The notes under the pieces are model-generated. The model was given only the letters and a program-made list of their open reading frames with translations, had not been told where the DNA came from and made no database searches. Shown here piece by piece: positions 8,620-19,400 of a stretch of DNA of 64,000 bases (the stretch's first letter is position 1; each line of letters starts with the position of its first letter). This stretch comes from Candidatus Latescibacterota bacterium (GTDB lineage Bacteria; Latescibacterota; UBA2968; GCA-2709665), in the NCBI GenBank assembly GCA_965116875.1, contig OZ220733.1, positions 3,328,001 through 3,392,000 of the forward strand. Reading direction: 5' to 3'. The position numbers and the translations under genes are program-made.

Positions 8620-11340
8620 CTAGAACATGAAACCGCCACGCAGATAGACTCCCGTCAAGTCGTCGCCTTTTACGACAGCCGCGCTCAACGTGTGCCTGCG
8701 CTGGAGGAAGGACACCCAGATTCCACCCCCGATACTTGTGTGCCATTTGTCCGCACTTGCGGGGTCTCCGTTATAATACACCCGTCCAGCATCCGCGGTG
8801 CCGAAGAGTCCCAGTTCTCCCTCCACGAACAGTTCAATCTTCGTGAGAACAAGCCGAAGCTCCGAATTTCCGTACAGCGACGTGTCACCCGCGAACCGGT
8901 TCTTCTGGAATCCTCGCAGATTGCCGCCGGAGATACCGGTGCCGACAAAGCCGGTCCCGCCCAGAAAGGCGCTCTCGAAAAATGGAAAGGACCCCCAGAC
9001 CTTCTCGGCGCCGCCTCTCAGGGCGAGCGTGGGATGGGTTGGAATTCGCGCCGTGAGGTACGTGCTGGCCTCTCCCTTTAATCTTGCAAGTGCGGAATCC
9101 ATGCTCCAGAATTCGGGGTAGACCGCCCCGCCAACCCTGACCCGGAACCCGCGAGTTGTATACCCTGGATTGTCTCTCGTATCGAATGTGATATCGCCCT
9201 GCGCGCCGATCTGAACGAATGCGCCCGCGCCGTACAGTTCGTCATCGAGCGAACCGACAAGTGTCCCTTCGTTGGAACCGGATGGCGTATTGGAATACTT
9301 GATGATCGGCCCGAAGTGGATGTTCAGTCTCGACCGGAGCGCGGCCAGGGTGAAACCGGACATTTCTTCCCTGTAGTCGGTGCCGCGATACTCCAGAGCC
9401 GGTGCGAAAACGAGCGAATATCTCGTCACCTTATAAAATGAAGATGGTCGCGAAACTCTCGTTTCGTTGCCGAAGCCGTAGAACCGTACGGACCGGATTC
9501 CGGAAAAATCGAATTGGACGTTTGCGTCGAAGTCACGCAAGGGTCGGCGAAAATGGCCGGTGTAGGAAATAAAGGGTCTGAGACTTTCGAAACCGTTCAC
9601 GCCGGCAAGTCCGGCGGTATAGGTGTGTTGTGAAGAGAAAGGGTCTTTCCGAAAACCGAAATACTGCCGGCTGTGTATTGCCCCCACGTATACGGTCAGG
9701 TCGGAATCGATCACAAATATCGGCAGACTTCCGGTTCGTTCGCCCCAGTCCAGTGCGTACCTGGCATTCGGTGTATGGTTTCCATGAGGTCGTTTGTACG
9801 AACGCTCTTCGATCCCCGCCCCCTCGCCCTTAACGAACCGGTTCTTTCCACGAGAGTCGTAAAACCGGGTCTTTGACGCTCCGGCGCCGGACAGATTCTC
9901 CAGCGTGTCGTCCCCGCCGCCGCCGTTGATGTGAACGGCAATCCGCCCCCTGGTTCCCGAAATCTCCGCGCGGTCGTCTCCCCCCCGCATGTATACCCGT
10001 ATTTCCCGGGTTTCTTCGTGACGGTAGGTGCGTTGGAAATAGGGTGTGTTCCTTTCTTCGCCGCCACCTCCCGACAGACCGATACGTACCCGGAGATCAC
10101 CGCCAGGCAGGTGTTCGCAGTGGACGTACTCGTCCTTGTCCGTTGTCTTGATTTCGGCCTCGCGGTTTATCAGCCGATAGTATCTGCCGGCGAATTCAGG
10201 AAGTGCGTCGCGCCTTAGTTTGAGCGCCCTGGTCAGGTTTTCGCCAACCAGCGCGTAATACGGCGGCGGAAGCCTGCGCACGGCGTCCTCGATGACCGGG
10301 TCCGGCAACTCCTTGCGAAAGGCCGACACCACTTCATCCCACGCCGACTTATCCAGTTCGGCCAGGATTTCACGATCAATTTCCCATCCGGTCATGGTCA
10401 GGCCGATCAGGCTGGGATAGGTCTCCCTGAACTTGATCTGAATGGGAAAGCGCCGCCTCGCGATCGCCATGGCGGTCCCTTCGAAATGGATGAAGGCCTG
10501 GTCGCGATCCTCCGGAATCGGAAGCCAGGTGTAGCAGTCGCCATCGGGAAACCGCGCCCATCGCCACTGGCCGTAATGGCGGTCCTTGTCGTTGACGAGG
10601 AAATCCATCAGTCTCGCCTTCAGAAAGGCACGGGCATCCACGCGGTCGCAGGGGCTTTTTTCCAGGTGTTTCAGCAGTTTATCCGTACCACTGACCTTAC
10701 GGGAGCCCGCGAACCCGGGCGTGTCGTCCTTGCCTTCGGACGGATGCTCCTGCAGCATGCCGATGAGGCCGGCGAAACGTCCGCGGTACTCCTTCAGTCC
10801 CGGGTCATCCGGAATGACCACGAGCGTGTGCCTGGAGTGCAGGATTCCGGTGGCCTCCATCAGCGGATCGACCACGAGTGCTCCCGTTGGCAGCATCGCA
10901 CAGATCAGATCCTGAAGGACGTCGCCCACGACCGTATTCGCGATTTCGTCGGGTACTCTTCTGGTGGCGTCCTTATCCAGCGAACGCACGGTATATCTGC
11001 GGCCGTCCTTGCCCGTAAAGTGCAGGGAAATGGATTGTCCGAATCCGCCGGTGCGAAGGGGCGTCAGGCCTCCCCCGACGCCGTCCAGGTCAAGCACCTC
11101 GACCTCGACGGGGGTATTCCAGAGGTCCCGGTAGTTTTCGCCGTAGAACCAGCGTTTGAATCCACCGGCGCGAAATCGCTCGCCCGGAATCACCGTATGG
11201 GTTTTTGCTCCAGGCGGAGGAACGGACCTGTGAATCCTGGACCCCGGAGCCGGTGAATCCTTTTGAGACGCGGATGCTCCCGGAACGGAAAGGGCGAGTG
11301 CGAGCAGGATATAAAGGGGATTCCACCTGGGAAGTTCCAT
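8620..11340 (-). CDS. Omp85/BamA-TamA family outer-membrane protein with N-terminal kinase-like domain
   Basis: Signal peptide; LRGFQKNRFAGD Omp85 lid motif; terminal aromatic beta-strand (GFMF); GGFGQS, DKDRH and DRDQAF motifs. Confidence 0.75.
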   Translation of the reverse strand: MELPRWNPLYILLALALSVPGASASQKDSPAPGSRIHRSVPPPGAKTHTVIPGERFRAGGFKRWFYGENYRDLWNTPVEVEVLDLDGVGGGLTPLRTGGFGQSISLHFTGKDGRRYTVRSLDKDATRRVPDEIANTVVGDVLQDLICAMLPTGALVVDPLMEATGILHSRHTLVVIPDDPGLKEYRGRFAGLIGMLQEHPSEGKDDTPGFAGSRKVSGTDKLLKHLEKSPCDRVDARAFLKARLMDFLVNDKDRHYGQWRWARFPDGDCYTWLPIPEDRDQAFIHFEGTAMAIARRRFPIQIKFRETYPSLIGLTMTGWEIDREILAELDKSAWDEVVSAFRKELPDPVIEDAVRRLPPPYYALVGENLTRALKLRRDALPEFAGRYYRLINREAEIKTTDKDEYVHCEHLPGGDLRVRIGLSGGGGEERNTPYFQRTYRHEETREIRVYMRGGDDRAEISGTRGRIAVHINGGGGDDTLENLSGAGASKTRFYDSRGKNRFVKGEGAGIEERSYKRPHGNHTPNARYALDWGERTGSLPIFVIDSDLTVYVGAIHSRQYFGFRKDPFSSQHTYTAGLAGVNGFESLRPFISYTGHFRRPLRDFDANVQFDFSGIRSVRFYGFGNETRVSRPSSFYKVTRYSLVFAPALEYRGTDYREEMSGFTLAALRSRLNIHFGPIIKYSNTPSGSNEGTLVGSLDDELYGAGAFVQIGAQGDITFDTRDNPGYTTRGFRVRVGGAVYPEFWSMDSALARLKGEASTYLTARIPTHPTLALRGGAEKVWGSFPFFESAFLGGTGFVGTGISGGNLRGFQKNRFAGDTSLYGNSELRLVLTKIELFVEGELGLFGTADAGRVYYNGDPASADKWHTSIGGGIWVSFLQRRHTLSAAVVKGDDLTGVYLRGGFMF

Positions 11341-11436
11341 TGTTGTCCTTTGCGTTTCAGGGTGGTTCGGTCAAACTGATGTTGTCTGAAGGTGTCTCGA
11401 CAGCCGTCCGTTCACGGATAGTGGTGATCCCGCATA

Positions 11437-13686
11437 TCAGAACCCGAATCCGATCGAGGCATTCATCTTGATGTCCTTTTCCTGGGTGCTCACGATATCG
11501 ACGCGAATGGGTCCCAATAGCGCTGTGTTGACGTAGCCCCCGACTCCGAACCCGTGTATCGGGGTATAATCCTGCTCCGGATTTGAACTCATATCATAGA
11601 GTCCGCCCTGATAGTAAATTCCAATACCACTGCGCGGCACCGACTCCCAGAATTTAATCTGTCTCCATATGGATACGCCTACCGATGCGAACCTGACAGC
11701 CCTCAGTTCATCCCGCTTGAGACCGACCACCGGCAATGCCGCGCTGCTGAAGTGTCCCGCACCGCCCAATGGGAAGAATTCGAATACAGGCGCTGGCTGT
11801 GTCACGTAGCCCCCGATGGACGAGAAGCCCACACTCCATCTCGATCGGGGACTGGCGAAACACGCAAGTTGCGCCTGAATTCGTCTATGCGAAAACGTCC
11901 TGTGAATCCATTTTGCACCGGTCTGAAAAAAGACGCCCTTCGTTGGCACCATCGAGTCGTCGCGCGTGTCGACCCCCGCGGACATCCAGAAGCCGGGTAG
12001 AAATTCGGATGCATCGCCTATCGAACGGGCCGCATAGCGGATGCGGGCATGCTCCACCTGGTACCCAACCTGGAAATTACCCCAGCTGTGGAACAATGTC
12101 TGCAATCCAAGTCGCGCGCGAAATCGCCTTTCCTCGTACCCGCCCTCACGCTGCCGGTTTCGAAAATACAAACGGTTCTGGTCCCAGGCCTGAACGTCCC
12201 CGAGCAGACCTAGGCGTCCGGAGGTCCGGAAAATCATGACCAGTTCAGCAAAGTTTAAATTGCCCAGCAGGCCGCGAAGATGGAGTTCCGATATGCGGCC
12301 CAGTGTACTTTGATGGGCAATCTCGCCCAGGACAGAGACCCGATAATCATTGTTGTAATGAATCCCCACTTTCAACTCGCTGGGGGGGTTTTCGAGCACG
12401 TGAAAAACCAGCTCAGTCTGTCCTTCATGCCAGGTCACATGGAAATCCACGGTCTGAAACAGTCCGGTCGCGTGCAACCGGCCGCACTCACGTTCCAGTT
12501 CACGAAACGATATTGGTTTATTGACGAACTTCTCCAGCCGCACCTTGAACTGACCCTCCGAGTAACGCTTTACACCTTCTATCCGGACCCTGTCGATCAC
12601 GACGTCCGGCGGAATATCCGCCCACGTATTGACGTCGAACTCAACAGGCAGTCTGGACGTCCGCGGTTTTCCGACGCGTTTTGGGACACCAAGCTTCTGC
12701 AACGCATTGCGTATTGCATCCATCTGGTCTTCGGCTGCTGATTCACCAATTGGAATCAGTGTGTACGACCGATTGAAATCGCCTCCGTCGAAGTTATCCA
12801 GTTTGGGCAATATCAACACATGGGAGCGTTTCCGGTTTTCGATCTTTCTTTCTTCTATTCGAAAACTGACGGCCTGATCGATGACGTCGATAATGTCCTG
12901 GATTTCCTCTTTCAGAGTACGCAGGGGCGTGGCGCAATCCACCGCAATGACAAAATCGGCCCCGGCGTCCAGTGCGACGTCCACCGGCAGATTGTTGACG
13001 ATGCCGCCATCTACGAGATGCGTGTGTTCCGTACTCAACGGCGCGAATACCCCTGGAACCGATATGCTCGCCCGGATGGCCGCGCCGAGAGAACCGTTGT
13101 CGATTACGACCTGTTCTCCGGACAGAATGTCGGTTGCGATTGCCCGAAACGGCGTTGGAAGCTGATTGAAGTCGTTGCGCGCCCGGTAGGTTGCGCCGAG
13201 GGTCAGCTGATTGAGGAACTGATGGATCTTTTGTCCTGCAAAAATGCCGTACGGTAATTTCAGTTTCAACTCCTCAAGGTGCAACGCGAGCATCTGACGG
13301 TCGGCCATCGGTTTACGGTTCATGTTCGACATACGACGGTCCGGGCTGTTGCTGGTGATCTCCCACCAGTCGGTTTCCAGGATCACCCGCTGGAGATCGT
13401 CAACGGAATATCCCGCGGCGTACAGTCCCCCGACCAGAGCGCCATAACTCACCCCCACAATCATGTCTATGGGCACGCCTTCGCGCTCCAGTACGCGCAG
13501 CACGCCGATATGGGCGCCACCCCGAGCGCCGCCTCCACTGAGTACAAGCGCGACCTTTGGCCTCTGCTCCGCGAACGAGGGACGTGTGCTGAAAAGGGCA
13601 AACCCGATACACAGGAATAACACGCGCCAGGTAAATGGGCGCCGAACTATCCGCCACTCTTTCGCGCGTATTTTCTTGACCGTCAT
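11437..13686 (-). CDS. Patatin-POTRA-Omp85 barrel protein (PlpD/type Vd-like)
   Basis: LSGGGARG, GVSYG, DGG; POTRA-like middle; C-terminal GPIRVD...IGFGF. Confidence 0.9.
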   Translation of the reverse strand: MTVKKIRAKEWRIVRRPFTWRVLFLCIGFALFSTRPSFAEQRPKVALVLSGGGARGGAHIGVLRVLEREGVPIDMIVGVSYGALVGGLYAAGYSVDDLQRVILETDWWEITSNSPDRRMSNMNRKPMADRQMLALHLEELKLKLPYGIFAGQKIHQFLNQLTLGATYRARNDFNQLPTPFRAIATDILSGEQVVIDNGSLGAAIRASISVPGVFAPLSTEHTHLVDGGIVNNLPVDVALDAGADFVIAVDCATPLRTLKEEIQDIIDVIDQAVSFRIEERKIENRKRSHVLILPKLDNFDGGDFNRSYTLIPIGESAAEDQMDAIRNALQKLGVPKRVGKPRTSRLPVEFDVNTWADIPPDVVIDRVRIEGVKRYSEGQFKVRLEKFVNKPISFRELERECGRLHATGLFQTVDFHVTWHEGQTELVFHVLENPPSELKVGIHYNNDYRVSVLGEIAHQSTLGRISELHLRGLLGNLNFAELVMIFRTSGRLGLLGDVQAWDQNRLYFRNRQREGGYEERRFRARLGLQTLFHSWGNFQVGYQVEHARIRYAARSIGDASEFLPGFWMSAGVDTRDDSMVPTKGVFFQTGAKWIHRTFSHRRIQAQLACFASPRSRWSVGFSSIGGYVTQPAPVFEFFPLGGAGHFSSAALPVVGLKRDELRAVRFASVGVSIWRQIKFWESVPRSGIGIYYQGGLYDMSSNPEQDYTPIHGFGVGGYVNTALLGPIRVDIVSTQEKDIKMNASIGFGF

Positions 13687-13802
13687 CCGGTTACCTGAAT
13701 AATAAGTACTCTGCCGATTTCTAAGTCACACGTTACAACAACAAACTGGGTTCTTCAACGTACGGGGACGCGGCGACCGATCAGCCCGGAATTCACAACT
13801 CG

Positions 13803-16025
13803 TCAAAACGCAAATCCGATCGCCGCATAAATCTCGACATCCTTTCTTTGCGTACTTACAATGTCAATGCGGATAGGGCCGAAAATCTTCGTGTTGATAT
13901 AACCCCCGATACCAAACCCGTGGATGTGGTCATACTGCTGATCCGTATAGGCTGGGAAATAGTACCTGCCTCCCTGATAGAAGACTCCGACAGCGCTGCG
14001 CTGTATGGATTCCCAGAATCTCAGGTGGCTCCACAAAGAAACGCGCGCCGATACGAACTTGAAAGCTGACAGTTCATCCCGCCGGAGGCCGACTACGGGC
14101 AATGCTGCGTTGCTCAAGTGTCCCGCACCTCCCAACAGAAAATTCTCATCGATCGGTGCAGGCTGTGTCACATAGCCTCCGTGAGACCAAAGGCCCACAC
14201 TCAGTTGCGGATGGGGGCTGGCGAAGTACGCGAGCCACGTCTGTGCCTGCCTGTGTGAAAATGTCCGATGGACCCATTTTGCCTGGGTATGAAAATAGAA
14301 GCCTTGTCGTGGAACAAACACGTCGTCTCGCGTGTCGATGCCTGCAGATAACCAAAAGGCGGGCAGATAGTCAGACTCATATTCCTCGCGCTCATCGCGA
14401 ATGAGCATATGCTCGAGTTGATACCCCAGGTTGAATCCTCCCCAGCTATGGGACAGAATCTGCATGCCCAACCTCCCGCGCAAACGCCTCTCGTAATACG
14501 TTAGCTGGGGTTCTCCTTCAAAATAGGCCACCCGTTCCTGTTTCCAGCCTTGAATCTCCCCGAGGAGACTCAATCCCTTGAAGGATCGAAAAACCAGCTC
14601 CATTTCACCGAACTTCATAGATGTGCCCAACAAACCGCGCGAATAAAACTCGACTACGCGGCCATAGACATTCTGATGTGCAAGTTCGGCCAGTGCCGAA
14701 ACCCCAAAGTCGTTGTCGTAACGAAGTCCCATTCTCAACTCGCTCGGGGGGTTTTCAAGCACCTGAAAAACCAGTTCGGTATAGTCGTCATGGTAAATAA
14801 TCTGGTAATCGACCGTTTGGAACAATCCGGTCGCATATAACCGCCCGGATTCACTTTCCAGTTCTCGAAACGACGTCGGCTTATTAACGAATTTTTCCAA
14901 CCGTTCGATGGAAATACCCCTCGTGTAGCGTTCCAAACCCTCAATGCGCACCCGGTCGATGACAATATCCGATGGTATATCCGCCCAGGTCCTGAAATCG
15001 AAATCATCCGGTAATATCGACGCTCTTGGCTCCCCAGCGCGTTTTGAAATGCCGAGCTCTTGCAGCGCATTCCGGATCGCATCCAGATGTTTTTCGGCCT
15101 CTTCTTCTCCAATCGGGATCACTGTATGGGACCGTTCGAAATTACCGCTGCCAAAACCCTTTAAGTCGGGCACCATCAACACATGGGCAAGTTTTCGATT
15201 CGCCATTTTCTTTTCTTCGATTCGGAAACTGACAGCCTGATCGATGACGTCGATAAAATCCTCGAATTCGTGCATTCGAGTGCGCAACGGGGTGGCACAA
15301 TCCACGGCAATAACCAGATCAGCACCAGCTTCTAATGCGACGTCCACAGGCAGATTGTTGACGATGCCGCCATCTACGAGAAGGGTTTTTCCTGTACTCA
15401 CGGGCACAAATATCCCGGGGATGGAAATACTCGCCCTGATTGCCGCGCCCAGCGAGCCGCCTTTTATAACGACCTGTTCGCCAGCTACGATATCTGTTGC
15501 AATTGCGCGAAAAGGCGTCGGAAGGCGATCGAAATCGTTTCGTGCACGGTAGGTTGCGCCAATTGTCAATTGATAGAGAAAATGCTGGATTTTCTTGCCG
15601 GCAAAGATCCCAAAGGGCAACTTCAGAGCCAATTTATCGAGGCGCAATGCAAGCATCTGACGATCAACTATGGGTTTGCGATGCAGATTCAACAAACGGC
15701 GGTCAGGGTTGTTGCTGGTCATTTCCCACCAGTCGGTTTCCGCAACAATGCGTTCGAGATCATCGACAGAATATCCTGCAGCATACAATCCGCCCACCAG
15801 CGCGCCATAACTCGAGCCTACGATCAAGTCAACGGGTATGCCTTCGCGTTCGAGCACGCGCAACACCCCGATATGCACCCCGCCGCGCGCGCCGCCTCCA
15901 CTGAGTACAAGCGCGACCTTTGGCCTCTGCTCCGCGAACGAAGGAAGCGCGTCGAACATGGGAAGCGCGCAACACAAGATTAAAAGGCGATTGAAAAACG
16001 GACCCCTGGTCACTCTGCAATTCAT
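13803..16025 (-). CDS. Patatin-POTRA-Omp85 barrel protein (PlpD/type Vd-like), paralog
   Basis: LSGGGARG, GSSYG, DGG; ends IGFAF. Start taken at ATG 16025, which precedes a signal peptide. Confidence 0.88.
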   Translation of the reverse strand: MNCRVTRGPFFNRLLILCCALPMFDALPSFAEQRPKVALVLSGGGARGGVHIGVLRVLEREGIPVDLIVGSSYGALVGGLYAAGYSVDDLERIVAETDWWEMTSNNPDRRLLNLHRKPIVDRQMLALRLDKLALKLPFGIFAGKKIQHFLYQLTIGATYRARNDFDRLPTPFRAIATDIVAGEQVVIKGGSLGAAIRASISIPGIFVPVSTGKTLLVDGGIVNNLPVDVALEAGADLVIAVDCATPLRTRMHEFEDFIDVIDQAVSFRIEEKKMANRKLAHVLMVPDLKGFGSGNFERSHTVIPIGEEEAEKHLDAIRNALQELGISKRAGEPRASILPDDFDFRTWADIPSDIVIDRVRIEGLERYTRGISIERLEKFVNKPTSFRELESESGRLYATGLFQTVDYQIIYHDDYTELVFQVLENPPSELRMGLRYDNDFGVSALAELAHQNVYGRVVEFYSRGLLGTSMKFGEMELVFRSFKGLSLLGEIQGWKQERVAYFEGEPQLTYYERRLRGRLGMQILSHSWGGFNLGYQLEHMLIRDEREEYESDYLPAFWLSAGIDTRDDVFVPRQGFYFHTQAKWVHRTFSHRQAQTWLAYFASPHPQLSVGLWSHGGYVTQPAPIDENFLLGGAGHLSNAALPVVGLRRDELSAFKFVSARVSLWSHLRFWESIQRSAVGVFYQGGRYYFPAYTDQQYDHIHGFGIGGYINTKIFGPIRIDIVSTQRKDVEIYAAIGFAF

Positions 16026-16438
16026 CTCGTGCGATTTCCCTCGCCTGCAAATGAATCCATGCAGCAGATCGTTTCGGTTGCAGTATCGTTTACACATCGC
16101 AATACCGAATGGACGAACGACAGCGCTGTCATGTCGCCCTGCGAACGTGAAGGATGAATCGTGATTGAACGACAGGCAGGCCACAACAGAAAAACGCTTG
16201 CGTCCGGACGAAACGATGAACGATATATTTATCTGTAATAGAATCATATAAAAACGTCTGAAATGTCAAGTCAGAAGGCTTGTCGTCAGGTACAAAACTT
16301 GGTCTGGAGTCCACTTTCCTGCGATTTTTCGCCGATTGGTTCGACATTTCTCAGTTTCTGCGGCGACTCGTAAGGAGAAGAATCCATATCCGATTAATAG
16401 CAACGCCGGACATCAAAGATGCCGAAAGGAGTCAAGGC

Positions 16439-19400
16439 ATGTTCAATCTGGCACTGTTGAGCAATGGCAGCAGGCCGTACGTGAGCAGTATCGCGTACAA
16501 CAACCACGCCTCCCGGATCAACGACGGAATCAGGCCGGGCGAAGCAGCCTCCACGAGCGACACGGCCTGGGTCTCGGCGGCGGAATGCCTGCCGCAGTGG
16601 GCGGCGGTCGTGTTTCCCAGGGTCGGCCGCGTTGAGCGTGTTGAGATCCACTGGGGGAGGGGGCGTATGCCCGAGTCCTCCCGCGCGTTCGTCGTTCAAG
16701 GGAGGATTGACGGCGCCTGGTTCGCCATCGCTGCGGCGCAGGTTCCCAATCCGGAATCCAGGACCGTGCTGTCATTCGAATCCGTTCAGGTGGAGGCGGT
16801 ACGCATATGGCAGGACGTCGATGGAGGACCGGAATCCACGCCGGGCCGGATGCACGTGGCGCAGCTTGAAGCATACGGCGAATTCGTGGAAGGTGAGGCA
16901 GTGGATTTTCTGAAGATCCGTGATGCGCTCCGGGAGGAATGGGAGGATCATTTTCGAAGGTCAAGGCGTGAGATCACCCGGGAGGTACTGGATCGAATCG
17001 ATCGGTCGCCCGTCGAGCGTCCGTCAGCCGGGCTCGCAGGAGCTGAAGAAATCGCGCGTGCCCGCAGGAACCGTGCCGCGACGGGATGGGGCAGCGCCCA
17101 GGCGGAGGAAATCCTGAAGGACGCCTCGTGGTGGCTGGACAAGGACGATGCGTTCATCTACCGGATGATACCCACGCAGAATCCGCGCGCCATCTCGCCC
17201 AGCTACGAACGGGGCTGTCCGATCCACGGAGGCGGACGCAAGTGCATGCGGACGAATACGGCGCTGGAGTACCGCTGGCAGTGCGCAATCGGCGGAGAGT
17301 GGTGGTACAACGGGGCGGTCGTACGCAATCCGGCCACGGGTAAGCCCGTGGAGGTTTGGGACGACGATGACGGATGGATCGCGCCGGAGGGTTTCGCCAA
17401 TCCCGGGACCATCTACCACTTCAATTCCGCGTGGCGATACTACGTTCTCTCGAAGCTGTTCTTCCATCCCTACGAGTTGACGATCGCATCTCCCGATGCT
17501 TATACCGGCGGCACGGCTTTGCTTCAGTTGTCGCGCGCTTTCGCGATCACCGGCGACCAACGGTATGCGCATAGAGCCGGCGTCATGCTGAACCGGCTGG
17601 CGGAGGTCTACCGGTCCTACAATGGCACGGTTGACGAACAACGTCCGCTCACGCGCGGCTACCTGGTGCAGGTGAGCTGGGAGGAAATGCCGATATACAA
17701 TTGTATGACGGCTTACGGCCTGGTGATGGATTCGATGCGGCAGGACGAAGCGCTCCTGGAATTCTTCAAGTCGAAGGGTGACTGCGACTACAACGGGGAC
17801 GGGCGTGTGAATTTCGAGGACATCCGCTACAATATCCGTCACAATCTGTTCGGCTACATGTACGAGTGGTTGCACCGGGCGATGGCGATCCAGACGGGGG
17901 ACTACATCGTCCGGGAGGGATTGGTACTCTGGGCGCTGGGGGCCATGCTCGGAAACGAGGAGATGGTCGACGAGGCCATCGAAGGCCGGTACGGACTGGC
18001 CGTCAATCTGACCAACAACACGTTCAGGGACGGCAAGTGGTGGTACGATGCGCCCGGATACTCGGTGAGTTCGATTACCCGGACGATTCTCGACCGCCTG
18101 TTTTCGATGAAGGGCACGGACCGGCGTCTGGATTCACGCCTTCGAATCCGGGAGTCCATAGAATTCGCCCGGAACATCTACTGCGACGGCAGAATTCCTC
18201 CAATCGGCGATACGGGCGGTGGCGATCTGAGGATCAAGGTGCTGGATCCGCTCGCGAATTGCGATGTTGAAGAACTGGCGTATATCCACACGGGGGATGA
18301 CGTATACCGGAATCGTCTGCTCGCGATTTCGGAAGGAGACGTGGACGGGATCAGAGAGCGGTACGCCGATGCCAGCCTGCTGTTTCACGCGGAACCGATC
18401 CGTGGAACAGCCGGGCCGTACGTGCCGCGTACGACCGTCTTTCACGACTCGGGAATCGCGATACTGAGAACGGGACACGATATCGCGACGAGGAAGCACC
18501 TCGTCCTGAACTACGGGAAGGGCAGCAGCGGGCACGGGCACCGGGACAAGCTGTCGATCAACCTCATCACCTTCGGGTATGATCTCGCGTGCGACCTGGG
18601 GTATCCGACGACCTTTACCCACGATAAGGTGGACGGCTGGGAGAAGCATACCGCCAGCCATGCCACCGTCTGCATCGACGGGCGGGCTCAGGAGATCGCC
18701 ACGGGCAGCCTGCGGTTCTTCGGGCACACGCCGGGAATGCAGACCGTCTGCGCCTCGGGAGAAGCGGCGTATCCGGGATGCGCTGAGGTCTACGAACGGA
18801 CGCTCGTGATGGTGGACGCGCCCGGCTCGGACGCCTACGTCGTCGACGTGTTCCGTGTAAAAGGTGGGTCCACGCATGACTACATGTTCCGGAGTCTGAG
18901 CGGAGATGACGGTGATCATCTCAAGCTGGAATTCCCGGCAGGCACGGAGACGCTGCGCCAGGCCCGGGGTACCGCCGCGGGAGAAAAGGTCGCGTTTGGG
19001 ACGTCGCCGGGATTGGGATACATCAGGGACGTCAGCCGGTCGCTGTGCGATCGTGAATGGTCTGCCACGTGGCGGGCGGGAGATGAGGAGAATACGGGGA
19101 TCCGCCTGACGATGGTCGGGCAGTCCGGCAGAGAGATTGTAAACGGAAAGGGAGAAGGATTCGGGTTTTTCGGTCAGAGTCCCTGGGACGCCTGTGTTGC
19201 GGTCAGACAGTCAGGCGGCGAGTCGGTGTTTTCGGGCGTCCTGGAACCCTTCCAGGGTGACCCGTTCATTGAGTCGGTGGAAGCCATGGAAGTCACCGGC
19301 GGCATCGGCGCTAAGATCCGCCTGGACGGACGGGTCGATTGCGTGTTTCGCAGGCTGGAGAAGGGGGCGGTCTGCACGGCGGAGATCGACGGTATACCGT

